A DNA stretch of 64,000 bases from a virus. The notes beneath the pieces are model-generated. The model was not told the DNA's origin. It saw nothing but the letters and a program-made list of their open reading frames with translations, and did no database searches. How positions within the stretch are numbered: the stretch's first letter is position 1; the number at the start of each line of letters is the position of its first letter. This document shows, piece after piece, positions 55,694-64,000 of this stretch. The DNA is taken from IMG/VR virus record IMGVR_UViG_3300039412_001263, one strand, 5' to 3'. A program made the translations under genes and the position numbers.

Positions 55694-55975
55694 TCATTTA
55701 GATGCACTTGGAGCATAGCTTCTTTTTGGTTTTTCTGGTTGGATGACGATGAAGAAGTCGCTGAATTTCTTTAAAGCCTGTATTAGGTTGCTTGTGGCTA
55801 CTTGGTAGTATTGGCAATTTAAGCAAGCAGTTGGGTGCATAGTGTTGGTTTGCGTGTTGAGGTAAAGGTGAATTAGTCTCTGTGTTAATTCGCCTTCAGA
55901 TATGTTTAGACTTTCTGCTTTGCGTATATACTTTTCATGTTCTGTTGGTGTTAGATAAGCCCATGTTCTACTCAT
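55694..55975 (-). CDS. Copy of RHH-like protein (5595..5876)
   Basis: Identical translation. Confidence 0.6.
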   Translation of the reverse strand: MSRTWAYLTPTEHEKYIRKAESLNISEGELTQRLIHLYLNTQTNTMHPTACLNCQYYQVATSNLIQALKKFSDFFIVIQPEKPKRSYAPSASK

Positions 55976-56121
55976 TTTCTACATGCCTTTATTTTAGATA
56001 ATCTTCTATGTTCTTCTTCAATCATCATTAAACATTCACAGCGTTATTTAATCATATCACTACTTAGTGAACTAAGTTTAAATATTTATCGCATCAACAT
56101 AACTAGTTAAGGTAAAATAAA

Positions 56122-56499
56122 ATGTACTCTGTAAGAATAAACTTTTTGTGTGCATACCTGACAACGCTGTTTGCTGACGCTAAAGTTAGAGCTTGGGCAA
56201 TGATACCGAAGAAACTGATCCAGTTCCAAGAGAACCATCGTGCTATTGGTGGCGTGATCTACGTTTTGATTGGCTTAATGATTATGTTGCTCGTAGGCAT
56301 CATAGTTGTTAACGCACTGATTAACTCGCAGACACCGGACTCCACATGGAGTTCCTCAGCTAACACCACTTGGAAGAGCGTTCAAACCAACATTTGGATT
56401 GCAATGGGCCTAGTCACTGTTGCTCTGATCATAGTTGGCGCGATGGCGATACTGAGCTACCTTAACATGGGTCAAGGTACAGGCAAAGGCGGATTCTAA
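56122..56499 (+). CDS. Copy of putative major capsid protein (6023..6400)
   Basis: Identical translation. Confidence 0.7.
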   Translation: MYSVRINFLCAYLTTLFADAKVRAWAMIPKKLIQFQENHRAIGGVIYVLIGLMIMLLVGIIVVNALINSQTPDSTWSSSANTTWKSVQTNIWIAMGLVTVALIIVGAMAILSYLNMGQGTGKGGF

Positions 56500-56566
56500 A
56501 CCAGCAAACGCTTACGCAAATAATCTCCTCTTCTTTTTTTATTAAAGCCAATGGATAGAAGGTTAA

Positions 56567-57478
56567 ATGATGAAATCTCATAATCGCAAGCGCATAGTTT
56601 TCCCGTTGCTTCTCATTATGGTTTTGTTTGCTGGAACATTCATTCTTCAAGTGAAAGCTGATTCAACACCGCCAACAGCCACTAGTCCAAACACATCTAC
56701 AATGGTTGCGGGAGCATCATGCAAGTTTCAGGTGACGTTACATGATGAAACTGCCTTGGCAAACTACACTTTCGGATGCAACAACACGAATGTATGGGTG
56801 AATGAGACTTGGACAACCATTAGCGGGCTTTCCTATATAGCGAACTCGACTTATGTGCTAGATTCTACAGTTGGAGTTGTTGTTCAGTGGGAATACTGGT
56901 TTTCGGATTCAAGCAACAACACGGCTAACACTGGGGTTCAAACCTTAACAACAACAGTTGGGAGTCTTGACCACATAGTTGTTTCGCCTTCGTCTGCAAC
57001 GATACTGGCTGGAGACCAAGAAACTTATGTTGCCACAGCCTATGATGGCTACAGTCACAGTTTAGGCGTAGTCACAGGTTTAACTTCATGGACTATTAGC
57101 TCTGGAGCGAGAGGTTCATGGAGTGGCGCGACATACACATCATCCAAAGATGGAGCTTGGACTGTTACCGCCACTTACTTAGGTGCTCAGGCATCATCCA
57201 CATTAACTGTTACTCCAACGGTTACGCAACAGCACACAAACGCCGTTTTTACCAACGTGTACATAGCGCTTGGGCTTGTTGGTATTAGCTTGATTGCGCT
57301 GGCTTGCTTCCTCATTATGGGGTCTTTAAAGTCTGGAGATGCGAGTGCAGGAGCTTTTTTGGTCGGCATTATTATGTTGATAAGTACCGTTGTTGGGTTG
57401 GTTGTGGCGTTTATGGTAGCTATTGGCTTTCAAAACTCCATGGATACCAGTCTAGTTTTGTTGCGCATATTGTTATAG
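56567..57478 (+). CDS. Copy of Ig-like/MCP-helix protein (6468..7379)
   Basis: Identical translation. Confidence 0.7.
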   Translation: MMKSHNRKRIVFPLLLIMVLFAGTFILQVKADSTPPTATSPNTSTMVAGASCKFQVTLHDETALANYTFGCNNTNVWVNETWTTISGLSYIANSTYVLDSTVGVVVQWEYWFSDSSNNTANTGVQTLTTTVGSLDHIVVSPSSATILAGDQETYVATAYDGYSHSLGVVTGLTSWTISSGARGSWSGATYTSSKDGAWTVTATYLGAQASSTLTVTPTVTQQHTNAVFTNVYIALGLVGISLIALACFLIMGSLKSGDASAGAFLVGIIMLISTVVGLVVAFMVAIGFQNSMDTSLVLLRILL

Positions 57479-57562
57479 CTTTATTCCTTATTTTATTTTC
57501 CCCTTTTTTGTTTAAACGTGTAATAACAAATTTTAAATATATAAACAACCTACACTTAAAGC

Positions 57563-57853
57563 ATGGTACTCTCGGACACTATTAGTTACGTTACGCTTTT
57601 CGGTTTAACCATGATTTTTACCAGCTTTGCTCTTACGATTAAGGATAAGCTTTGGACTGTAGCACTCAAATTCATTGCTGGCTTGTTCTGGATTATTATG
57701 GCAGTTGCCCAGTTCTATTTTATGGGTTCATCGGGGTTTCTTTTGATTTTGAGTTTGCCCTACGCGATTTTCGGGTTGATTTTTTGGATTGCGATTTATA
57801 ATGATTTTCTCGGCGACAAAAAAGATAGGATTTGGAAATTTGAAGACATCTAA
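57563..57853 (+). CDS. Copy of three-TM protein (7464..7754)
   Basis: Identical translation. Confidence 0.7.
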   Translation: MVLSDTISYVTLFGLTMIFTSFALTIKDKLWTVALKFIAGLFWIIMAVAQFYFMGSSGFLLILSLPYAIFGLIFWIAIYNDFLGDKKDRIWKFEDI

Positions 57854-58132
57854 ACATGGCAAAGTAGTAGTTGATGATTCTGGGAATTTTGAGTTTGTGC
57901 CGGAAGGCATTGAGTATAAAGATGGCCGGTACTTTGAGAAACCTAAAGAAACAGTGGCACAAAAAGAAGTAAAAGTTGAACCTGCGCTCCTTCCGTCTTT
58001 GTCAGTGTTGCCACTTCCAACTACACAAGTGAAACAAGAACCGATTAGTTGGCGTGTTTGGGGCGGCTGGTTACTTGCGGGTTTTTCATGGGCGTTCTTT
58101 ATAACATACGTTTTACTGGGGGTGATAATGAA

Positions 58133-58477
58133 ATGAATAAGAAAATAGTTTTCGCTTCTTTAATGATTATTACTATTCTTGCTGGCATAGGTATAGCTTA
58201 TGCTACGAGTTATCTAATGGCAAGCAACTCCATCGCAGAAACGCCTCAACCCAAATATACGCTGACGCTTGCTACTAATTCGACATCGCCAGTAATAGGC
58301 GTGGACACAGTAAAATTAACAGCGACTTGTACCGACACTGCTTTTACTGGCACAGTAACTTTTACTTCTGGTTCTACATCTTTAGGAACGGCTGACGCGG
58401 TAGCTGGAGTCGCTATTCTAAACTGGACTCCAGTAGCAGGCACATTTAGCGTTGTGGCGACAGCTACACATCCATAA
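58133..58477 (+). CDS. Copy of secreted Ig-like protein (8034..8378)
   Basis: Identical translation. Confidence 0.7.
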   Translation: MNKKIVFASLMIITILAGIGIAYATSYLMASNSIAETPQPKYTLTLATNSTSPVIGVDTVKLTATCTDTAFTGTVTFTSGSTSLGTADAVAGVAILNWTPVAGTFSVVATATHP

Positions 58478-58689
58478 TTTCCTTCCTTTCCCTCTTTTTT
58501 GGATAAATTTAAATTGTAGTTGCGCCAAAAAGAATATTACATTTTCGTTTTTGTTTAAACAAGGGATAATTATTTATACGTGATACAATAGTTTGTATTT
58601 GGTGCATAGTTTGGGGTTTAAGCTAGATAATGAAGTTTACTTTTCATTTTTGTTTTTTGGTTTGCTGACAAAGGGGGTGAAAAAGAAAA

Positions 58690-59403
58690 TTGCATAAGAT
58701 TACGGCTACTCTACTTGTTTTGCTTGCTGTATCTATGGTTTTTGCTCCCATCATGTACGTGGTAGGTTATAGTAATGCGACTCCGCTTCTCAGGCAGGGT
58801 TACGAGGCTGGCTTAACTGACATGCAGAAAGCGCTTGACGCGAATGGCGTTTATACTAGTTGGACTTTGAATGCTGATGGATCATACACGGTTTCGGTGC
58901 TTGGTAGTAACGGCGCGATTCTTTCTTCAGCTACTTACAGGCTTGACTTGTTTGTGCAGCAAATCCGCGACGGCAAAGTTATTGGTCAGAGCATTCACAG
59001 TATGACTTGGACTACGGCGGGTTTGACTTGGCTTGCTGATAACACTTGGAATAGTGGCGGCATAAACTGTACTCAATGGGCAAGGTATATTGGGGCTAGT
59101 GCTGCTACTGACTCGTTTAGTGCTGCTTGGACTGTTTTGCCCAGTGAAATCGTGAATAACGGTTTAGGACGGGCTTTGGCATCTTGGACTGCTGGAACTA
59201 CGGGCATAGGGAACTTGACGAAGAGTTTTAGCGTGACTGGAACTCAGAGTACGCAACTTTATGGTTTGTACACTGACACTTACGCTAATGCTCCTGGTAG
59301 TACGTTGGTTGCGGCTGAGCAGCAGGGTGCGGGTGCAGTGAAGAATCTGCTTAGTGGCGACACTTTAGCAACTACGATTATGTGCAGTGCAGCAGGCGCT
59401 TAA
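58690..59403 (+). CDS. Copy of tail-collar-like secreted protein (8591..9304)
   Basis: Identical translation. Confidence 0.5.
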   Translation: MHKITATLLVLLAVSMVFAPIMYVVGYSNATPLLRQGYEAGLTDMQKALDANGVYTSWTLNADGSYTVSVLGSNGAILSSATYRLDLFVQQIRDGKVIGQSIHSMTWTTAGLTWLADNTWNSGGINCTQWARYIGASAATDSFSAAWTVLPSEIVNNGLGRALASWTAGTTGIGNLTKSFSVTGTQSTQLYGLYTDTYANAPGSTLVAAEQQGAGAVKNLLSGDTLATTIMCSAAGA

Positions 59404-59563
59404 TCTGATTAAGATTCCCCTTTCTTTTTTCTTCTAAAGTTTTTTTATCGTTATCCTAAAGGATGTAGATCAGGAGCACTAGACAGTTGAAACTTAAAAC
59501 TTCAAAGACTTTCCTAATCATTTTCCTAATTTTAAATGCGCGGCGCTTTATGGGGAAGCGATA

Positions 59564-62500
59564 ATGAAACGTAAATTTGCACGCAATTTAAAGACCATTG
59601 CGGTCATTTTATTATTAATTAGTGTAATATTCATCGGTTTGTATGCTCCGCTTGTTTATGCGGCATCTATTTTCAGTGAAAATTTTGAAAGTGGAAACCT
59701 AAGTAGCTGGACAGTAGCTGGCAGTGGAGTTTATACTGAAGCCGTAACAACCACGACTGTTTATGCTGGAACATATGCTTGCAACGGAACAAGGTCAGCA
59801 TCGGGGTCTTATGCGGAAATCTACCATAATCTTGCAAGTTCTTACTCTACCCTTTATGCCCAAAGCTATTGTAGATTTACAGCGTTGCCAACAAATAATC
59901 AAGTTATTCAATTTGGAGCTGCATCGATAGGCGATTTGAGTGACAATAATGACCTTATAGCTGTAAAAATAATGAATGTTAGTGGAACGCAAGAGTGGGG
60001 ATTAAAATATTATAATTTAGGAACCACTTATAATGCAACAGCTCCATCCCCAGCAGCAAACACATGGTATAATATTGAAGTAGAATATCATGCTAGTTCC
60101 ACGGTTGGATTTGCAACATTATGGATTAATAACGCATTGACTCTTAACGTAACTGGACTAAATATGCCAACGGCAGCTCAAAGCGTTTGGTGTGCAGTAA
60201 CTTCCAATTCAACCGCTACTGTGACCCTAAGCGCCTTCAGTGACAATGTTTATGTTTCTGCCTCTTACATTGACGTTACTAACCCAACTTATTCCAGCAT
60301 AACTACAAGCAACACTGTTAGGGGTCAATCCTGCATTTTCGGGGTTACTTGGATAGATGAAACGGGATTAAGCAAATACATGTTTGGTTGTAACGTGTCG
60401 GGTTCATGGGTTAACTCTACTAGCTGGATAGCTTTCACTTCTAACCCTCAAACAATAACTAACACAACCACGCTTAGCTCGGCAGTTGGAGGCGAAGACC
60501 AATATGAATGGTGGGCAAATGACACAAGTGGCAACTTTAATAATACTGGAGTACAAACTTTAACGACAACGTTGCTTGCGTCAACCCTTGTTTTATCAGT
60601 TTCAGCATCTTTCGGGGCTACCGAGTATCTAAAGACTAGTTATGCTAAGGTGTTTTCTGCTTCAGCAACCTTCGCGGCGACAGAGTACATGCAAACCAGT
60701 TATACTATGCCTCTTACTGCCTCAGCAAAGTTTAACGCAACTCAGCAAAGCCCCATCACATATAACTTGGCGAGTTCTGTTAACGCAAAATACAATGCTA
60801 CTGATATTGAGAAAGGCACTTACAGCATTCCGCTTTCCAGTTCAAGCAAATTCACCTTAACTAGCGTGTTCTCATCAATTTATAACTTGGTAAGTTTCGC
60901 TTCTAGCCATTTCAGTTTAACCGATGTGTTCTCGGTAGCTTACAAACTGTTGCTTTCTGCATCAAGAACTTTCAGCTTAACGCTTCTGCCAAGCATAATC
61001 TTACACCTTTTGTTTTCTATCTCAAAAAGTTTCAGTTTAATTTCCTCTTTGACTAGTGCTTTTCATGTGTTGTCAACTGCAAACTTTAATGTTGCCCTTA
61101 ACTTTTTGCCAAGCAGTCTCTATTACATTTTATCCAGTGTTATGAGTAGCTTCGGCTTGATAAATGGTTTGAAGAGTGGTTTTAACGTGTTGTCTTCAGT
61201 GTTGGGTAGTTTTAGCCTTAGCTTTCTACGAAGTGCAGTCTTTAACATTTTAACTTCTGCTTCTTCAAGTTTCAGATTAGTCCTATGGCTTGGTTCAGCC
61301 TTCAAGGTTCTCTCAAGCATCGGGGGCACTTTCACTTTATCAACTCTGCTAACCTCAACCTTTAACTTGCTATATGGGTTAAGTGGAAAGTTCGCTCTCA
61401 CTCTTTTACCAAACACGATTTTCAATATTCTATCGGGCTTAAGTAGCCAATTTAGCCTAGTAGTTTACTTGAGTTCAATCTACACTATCTTAGCCAATTT
61501 AGCTAGCGCATTCACATTGAACCTTTTACCAAGTATAATCTTTAATATGCTTTCAAGTTTAGGTAGCCAGTTTAGCCTTGCACTTCATTTAACCTCTATC
61601 TTTAACATCTTATCGAATTTAGGCGACATATTCACTTTGAATCTTTTAAAGTCAATGGTCTTTAATGTACTCAGTACCTTGTCTTCAACCTTTAATCTTA
61701 CACTTTACTTAACTACAATTTATAACGTGCTATCAACGGTTGCCTTCAACCTGAATGTTACCGCGTACATCGCAGGTGCCTTTAATGTGCTGGTTTCTGT
61801 AGCAAACAGTTTCGGCTTAACTCTTTGGGTTGGTTCAGCTTTCAAAATCCTTTCAAGCTTAACTGGCATCTTCACCTTAACAACTCTAATTTCATCAGTC
61901 TTCAACGTACTGTCTGGGTTAATGGGACACTTCAACTTAACAACTTCACTAAGCACAATCTACACTGTGCTTTCCAGCTTATCAAGCCAATTTAATTTAA
62001 CGCCTTACCTGACCGCATTTTATAATCTATTGTTCAACACCGGCTTCACCGCTTCACTGATACTTCAAGCTCAATCAATCTTTAATGCCCTATTCAACTT
62101 ATCAGGAAAATTTGCTTTAACCTTTTTACCGAATGCCCTCTTCCACATACTTTCAGGATTATCAAGCAACTTCAATCTTGTAGCCAGCTTTAGCTCAATC
62201 TACATGGTTCTTTCTAGCTTGTCAAAAAGTTTTAGCTTGAGCTTTTTGTCGTCAGCGATATTTAATGTGCTCAGTGGGCTTTCTGGACGGTTCAACCTTG
62301 TTCCTTCATTGAGTGCAATTTTCAATGTTATCTCAAGTGTCAGTAGCCAGTTTAATCTCGTTAGCTATTTCAGTTTCATCTACACGGTTCTGTCTGTTCT
62401 TACTGGAAGTTTCAGCTTGAACATTTTTACATCAACAGCTTTCCATATTCTATCCAGTTTATCTTCAACCTTCAACCTCATGCCTTATCTTTCCACAGTT

Positions 62501-63235
62501 TACAACATCTTATCAAGTTTGAGTTCAACATTCACCTTAAACCTATTCCTCACCTATATTGCCCGCGCAGAAGCTTACATTGTAACTTTAAGCCTAGGCT
62601 GGACAGCGACATTAACAAGCAGTTTAACAAGCCTATACAATCTACTCTCAACTTCAAACGCAATCTTCACCGTGAACGCTTACTTCACAACAATCTACAA
62701 TATTCTCAGAAGCTTATCAGGAAACTTCAACGTTTCAGCCATAATCAGCTCCGCTTTTAACTTGCTATTCCACAGCAACTTTATAGCTTCAACCACACTA
62801 CAATTACAATCAGCCTTTAACATCCTGCTTAGTTTACTGGGAAAATTCACTTTAACAACCCTGCCGAACACAATATATAACTTACTAACCAGCTTAGCCA
62901 GCACATTCACCTTATCACTACTTAACCCTGCAACGCATATAGTGAATTTGCTTATCGGCTTCAAAACCACATTAACAATCATGGAACAATCAATCTACAA
63001 TCTAATATTCAATTCAGGCGCAACATTCAACTTAAGCCTCACAATAATTCAGGGCTTACTACAAAACATGCTATTGACTTTAGGTGCGGTCTTTGGCTTG
63101 CAGTTTATTCCATTCCCCTTCCAAATCAGGTTCACAGAAGACGAGTTAGTTGCAGGAGCAGTTCTCGCCGTAATAATAGTTGTTCCTATAGTTTTCTCTT
63201 TAGCTATGGTTTGGAGAAGAAGAAATGAAGATTAA
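59564..63235 (+). CDS. Copy of 20-aa-repeat spike protein (9465..13136)
   Basis: Identical translation. Confidence 0.8.
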   Translation: MKRKFARNLKTIAVILLLISVIFIGLYAPLVYAASIFSENFESGNLSSWTVAGSGVYTEAVTTTTVYAGTYACNGTRSASGSYAEIYHNLASSYSTLYAQSYCRFTALPTNNQVIQFGAASIGDLSDNNDLIAVKIMNVSGTQEWGLKYYNLGTTYNATAPSPAANTWYNIEVEYHASSTVGFATLWINNALTLNVTGLNMPTAAQSVWCAVTSNSTATVTLSAFSDNVYVSASYIDVTNPTYSSITTSNTVRGQSCIFGVTWIDETGLSKYMFGCNVSGSWVNSTSWIAFTSNPQTITNTTTLSSAVGGEDQYEWWANDTSGNFNNTGVQTLTTTLLASTLVLSVSASFGATEYLKTSYAKVFSASATFAATEYMQTSYTMPLTASAKFNATQQSPITYNLASSVNAKYNATDIEKGTYSIPLSSSSKFTLTSVFSSIYNLVSFASSHFSLTDVFSVAYKLLLSASRTFSLTLLPSIILHLLFSISKSFSLISSLTSAFHVLSTANFNVALNFLPSSLYYILSSVMSSFGLINGLKSGFNVLSSVLGSFSLSFLRSAVFNILTSASSSFRLVLWLGSAFKVLSSIGGTFTLSTLLTSTFNLLYGLSGKFALTLLPNTIFNILSGLSSQFSLVVYLSSIYTILANLASAFTLNLLPSIIFNMLSSLGSQFSLALHLTSIFNILSNLGDIFTLNLLKSMVFNVLSTLSSTFNLTLYLTTIYNVLSTVAFNLNVTAYIAGAFNVLVSVANSFGLTLWVGSAFKILSSLTGIFTLTTLISSVFNVLSGLMGHFNLTTSLSTIYTVLSSLSSQFNLTPYLTAFYNLLFNTGFTASLILQAQSIFNALFNLSGKFALTFLPNALFHILSGLSSNFNLVASFSSIYMVLSSLSKSFSLSFLSSAIFNVLSGLSGRFNLVPSLSAIFNVISSVSSQFNLVSYFSFIYTVLSVLTGSFSLNIFTSTAFHILSSLSSTFNLMPYLSTVYNILSSLSSTFTLNLFLTYIARAEAYIVTLSLGWTATLTSSLTSLYNLLSTSNAIFTVNAYFTTIYNILRSLSGNFNVSAIISSAFNLLFHSNFIASTTLQLQSAFNILLSLLGKFTLTTLPNTIYNLLTSLASTFTLSLLNPATHIVNLLIGFKTTLTIMEQSIYNLIFNSGATFNLSLTIIQGLLQNMLLTLGAVFGLQFIPFPFQIRFTEDELVAGAVLAVIIVVPIVFSLAMVWRRRNED

Positions 63236-63246
63236 AGCCTTCATGT

Positions 63247-64000
63247 TCATCCATATAAAAAAAATCGGTTAAATTTAAAAGTTTTTATTTGACTCTTTTT
63301 CCCAAACTTGACCTTCTTGTACTCGCTTTTGTGTATATACGTTACCATCATTGCAACAAATACACACTCTATAATAACGAGAGCTATCAAGAACCAAACT
63401 ATTGTTGTTGGTGTCGATGTTGATGGGCTTGAAGTTGGTATTGGAGTCGGAGATACTGTCGGTGTAGGCGAAGCGGTTGCTGTCGGCTTCGAAGTTGGGC
63501 TTGGAGATGTTGTCGATTTTGGAGTTAGTGTTGAAGTGAACGATACTGGAGGTGCAGTAGGTGCTGGAGAGGCTGTTGGAGTAGGGGTTGAGGATGGACT
63601 TGGACTAGGAGTGATTGTTGGCTGTGGTGTTGGACTCGCTGTTGGAACAGGAGTTGGAGATGGCAATGGAGTTGGAGATGGAGTTGGTGTAGGGCTGGGT
63701 GTTGGGCTTGGTATCGGAGTTGGTGAAGGAGTTGGAGCAGGGGTTGAAGTTGGTGTTGGAGAAGGCGTGGGTGTTATAGTTGGAGTTGGCATTGGAGTGG
63801 GTGTCGGTGTTGGAGAAGGTGTAGGAGTCGGAGATGGCGTGGGAGATGGCGTAGGGGTCGGACTCGGAGTAGGGCTTGGACTTAGGGTTGGTGAAGGTGT
63901 AGGTGTTGGGCTAGGAGTTGGCGAAGCTGTTGGCGTAGGAGTAGGCGTTGGGGTTGATGTTGGTGTTGGAGTTGGGTTAGGACTACTCATTGCTATATAA
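63247..64000 (-). CDS. 3' part of the SGNH hydrolase copy (truncated by the window end)
   Basis: Matches the C-terminal half of 13148..14596. Confidence 0.85.
   Translation of the reverse strand, partial: YIAMSSPNPTPTPTSTPTPTPTPTASPTPSPTPTPSPTLSPSPTPSPTPTPSPTPSPTPTPSPTPTPTPMPTPTITPTPSPTPTSTPAPTPSPTPIPSPTPSPTPTPSPTPLPSPTPVPTASPTPQPTITPSPSPSSTPTPTASPAPTAPPVSFTSTLTPKSTTSPSPTSKPTATASPTPTVSPTPIPTSSPSTSTPTTIVWFLIALVIIECVFVAMMVTYIHKSEYKKVKFGKKSQIKTFKFNRFFLYG

Larger units (their letters stand above)
50100..64000 (+). repeat. Second copy of positions 1-13901 (wrap-around of the circle)
   Basis: agttaatgacgcaaatgata starts at both 1 and 50100. Every ORF in 1-13901 reappears with the same translation at +50099. 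Nucleotides were identical at the points I spot-checked. Confidence 0.97.

Noticed and set aside
50100-64000. Apparent 13.9-kb tandem duplication or terminal repeat
   Set aside because: It runs exactly to the window end, appears identical, and the junction lies inside an intact ORF. The simplest explanation is wrap-around of a circular contig, not a biological duplication; a concatemer cannot be formally excluded.

Overview
The window is one complete circular element of 50,099 bp read past its own start. Positions 50100-64000 repeat positions 1-13901 (all ORF pairs are offset by exactly 50,099, and the junction falls inside the ORF 49477..50766). Gene content fits a temperate, probably spindle-shaped or otherwise membrane-associated, archaeal dsDNA virus. 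It has a small two-helix major-capsid-like protein, many secreted or membrane-anchored proteins with N-glycosylation sequons, a divergent P-loop ATPase, two tyrosine recombinases, RHH/AbrB/wHTH regulators, two HNH endonucleases and many zinc-finger microproteins. I recognised no HK97 capsid, portal, terminase, double-jelly-roll capsid or replicative enzyme. TATA-box promoters, GGAGG/GGTGA ribosome-binding sites, TTG/GTG starts, InlB-B-like repeats and Pro/Thr linkers suggest an archaeal host, possibly Bathyarchaeia (inference only). The most notable observations are: (i) an apparent virus-encoded surface-glycan 'writer' cassette (three GT2/GT-A proteins, two SAM methyltransferases, a B12-dependent radical SAM, a SPASM/twitch radical SAM, a FemAB-like GNAT and a separate GT-C-like membrane protein) alongside surface-displayed 'erasers' (a GH5-like hydrolase and an SGNH esterase); (ii) a 1223-aa anchored protein with about 40 hydrophobic 20-aa repeats; (iii) a full-length integrase with substituted catalytic residues, alongside a minimal recombinase with an intact active site; (iv) a cluster of very basic microproteins; (v) capsid/pilin-like proteins with class III-type leaders. 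All family assignments come from motif recognition by eye, not database searches.
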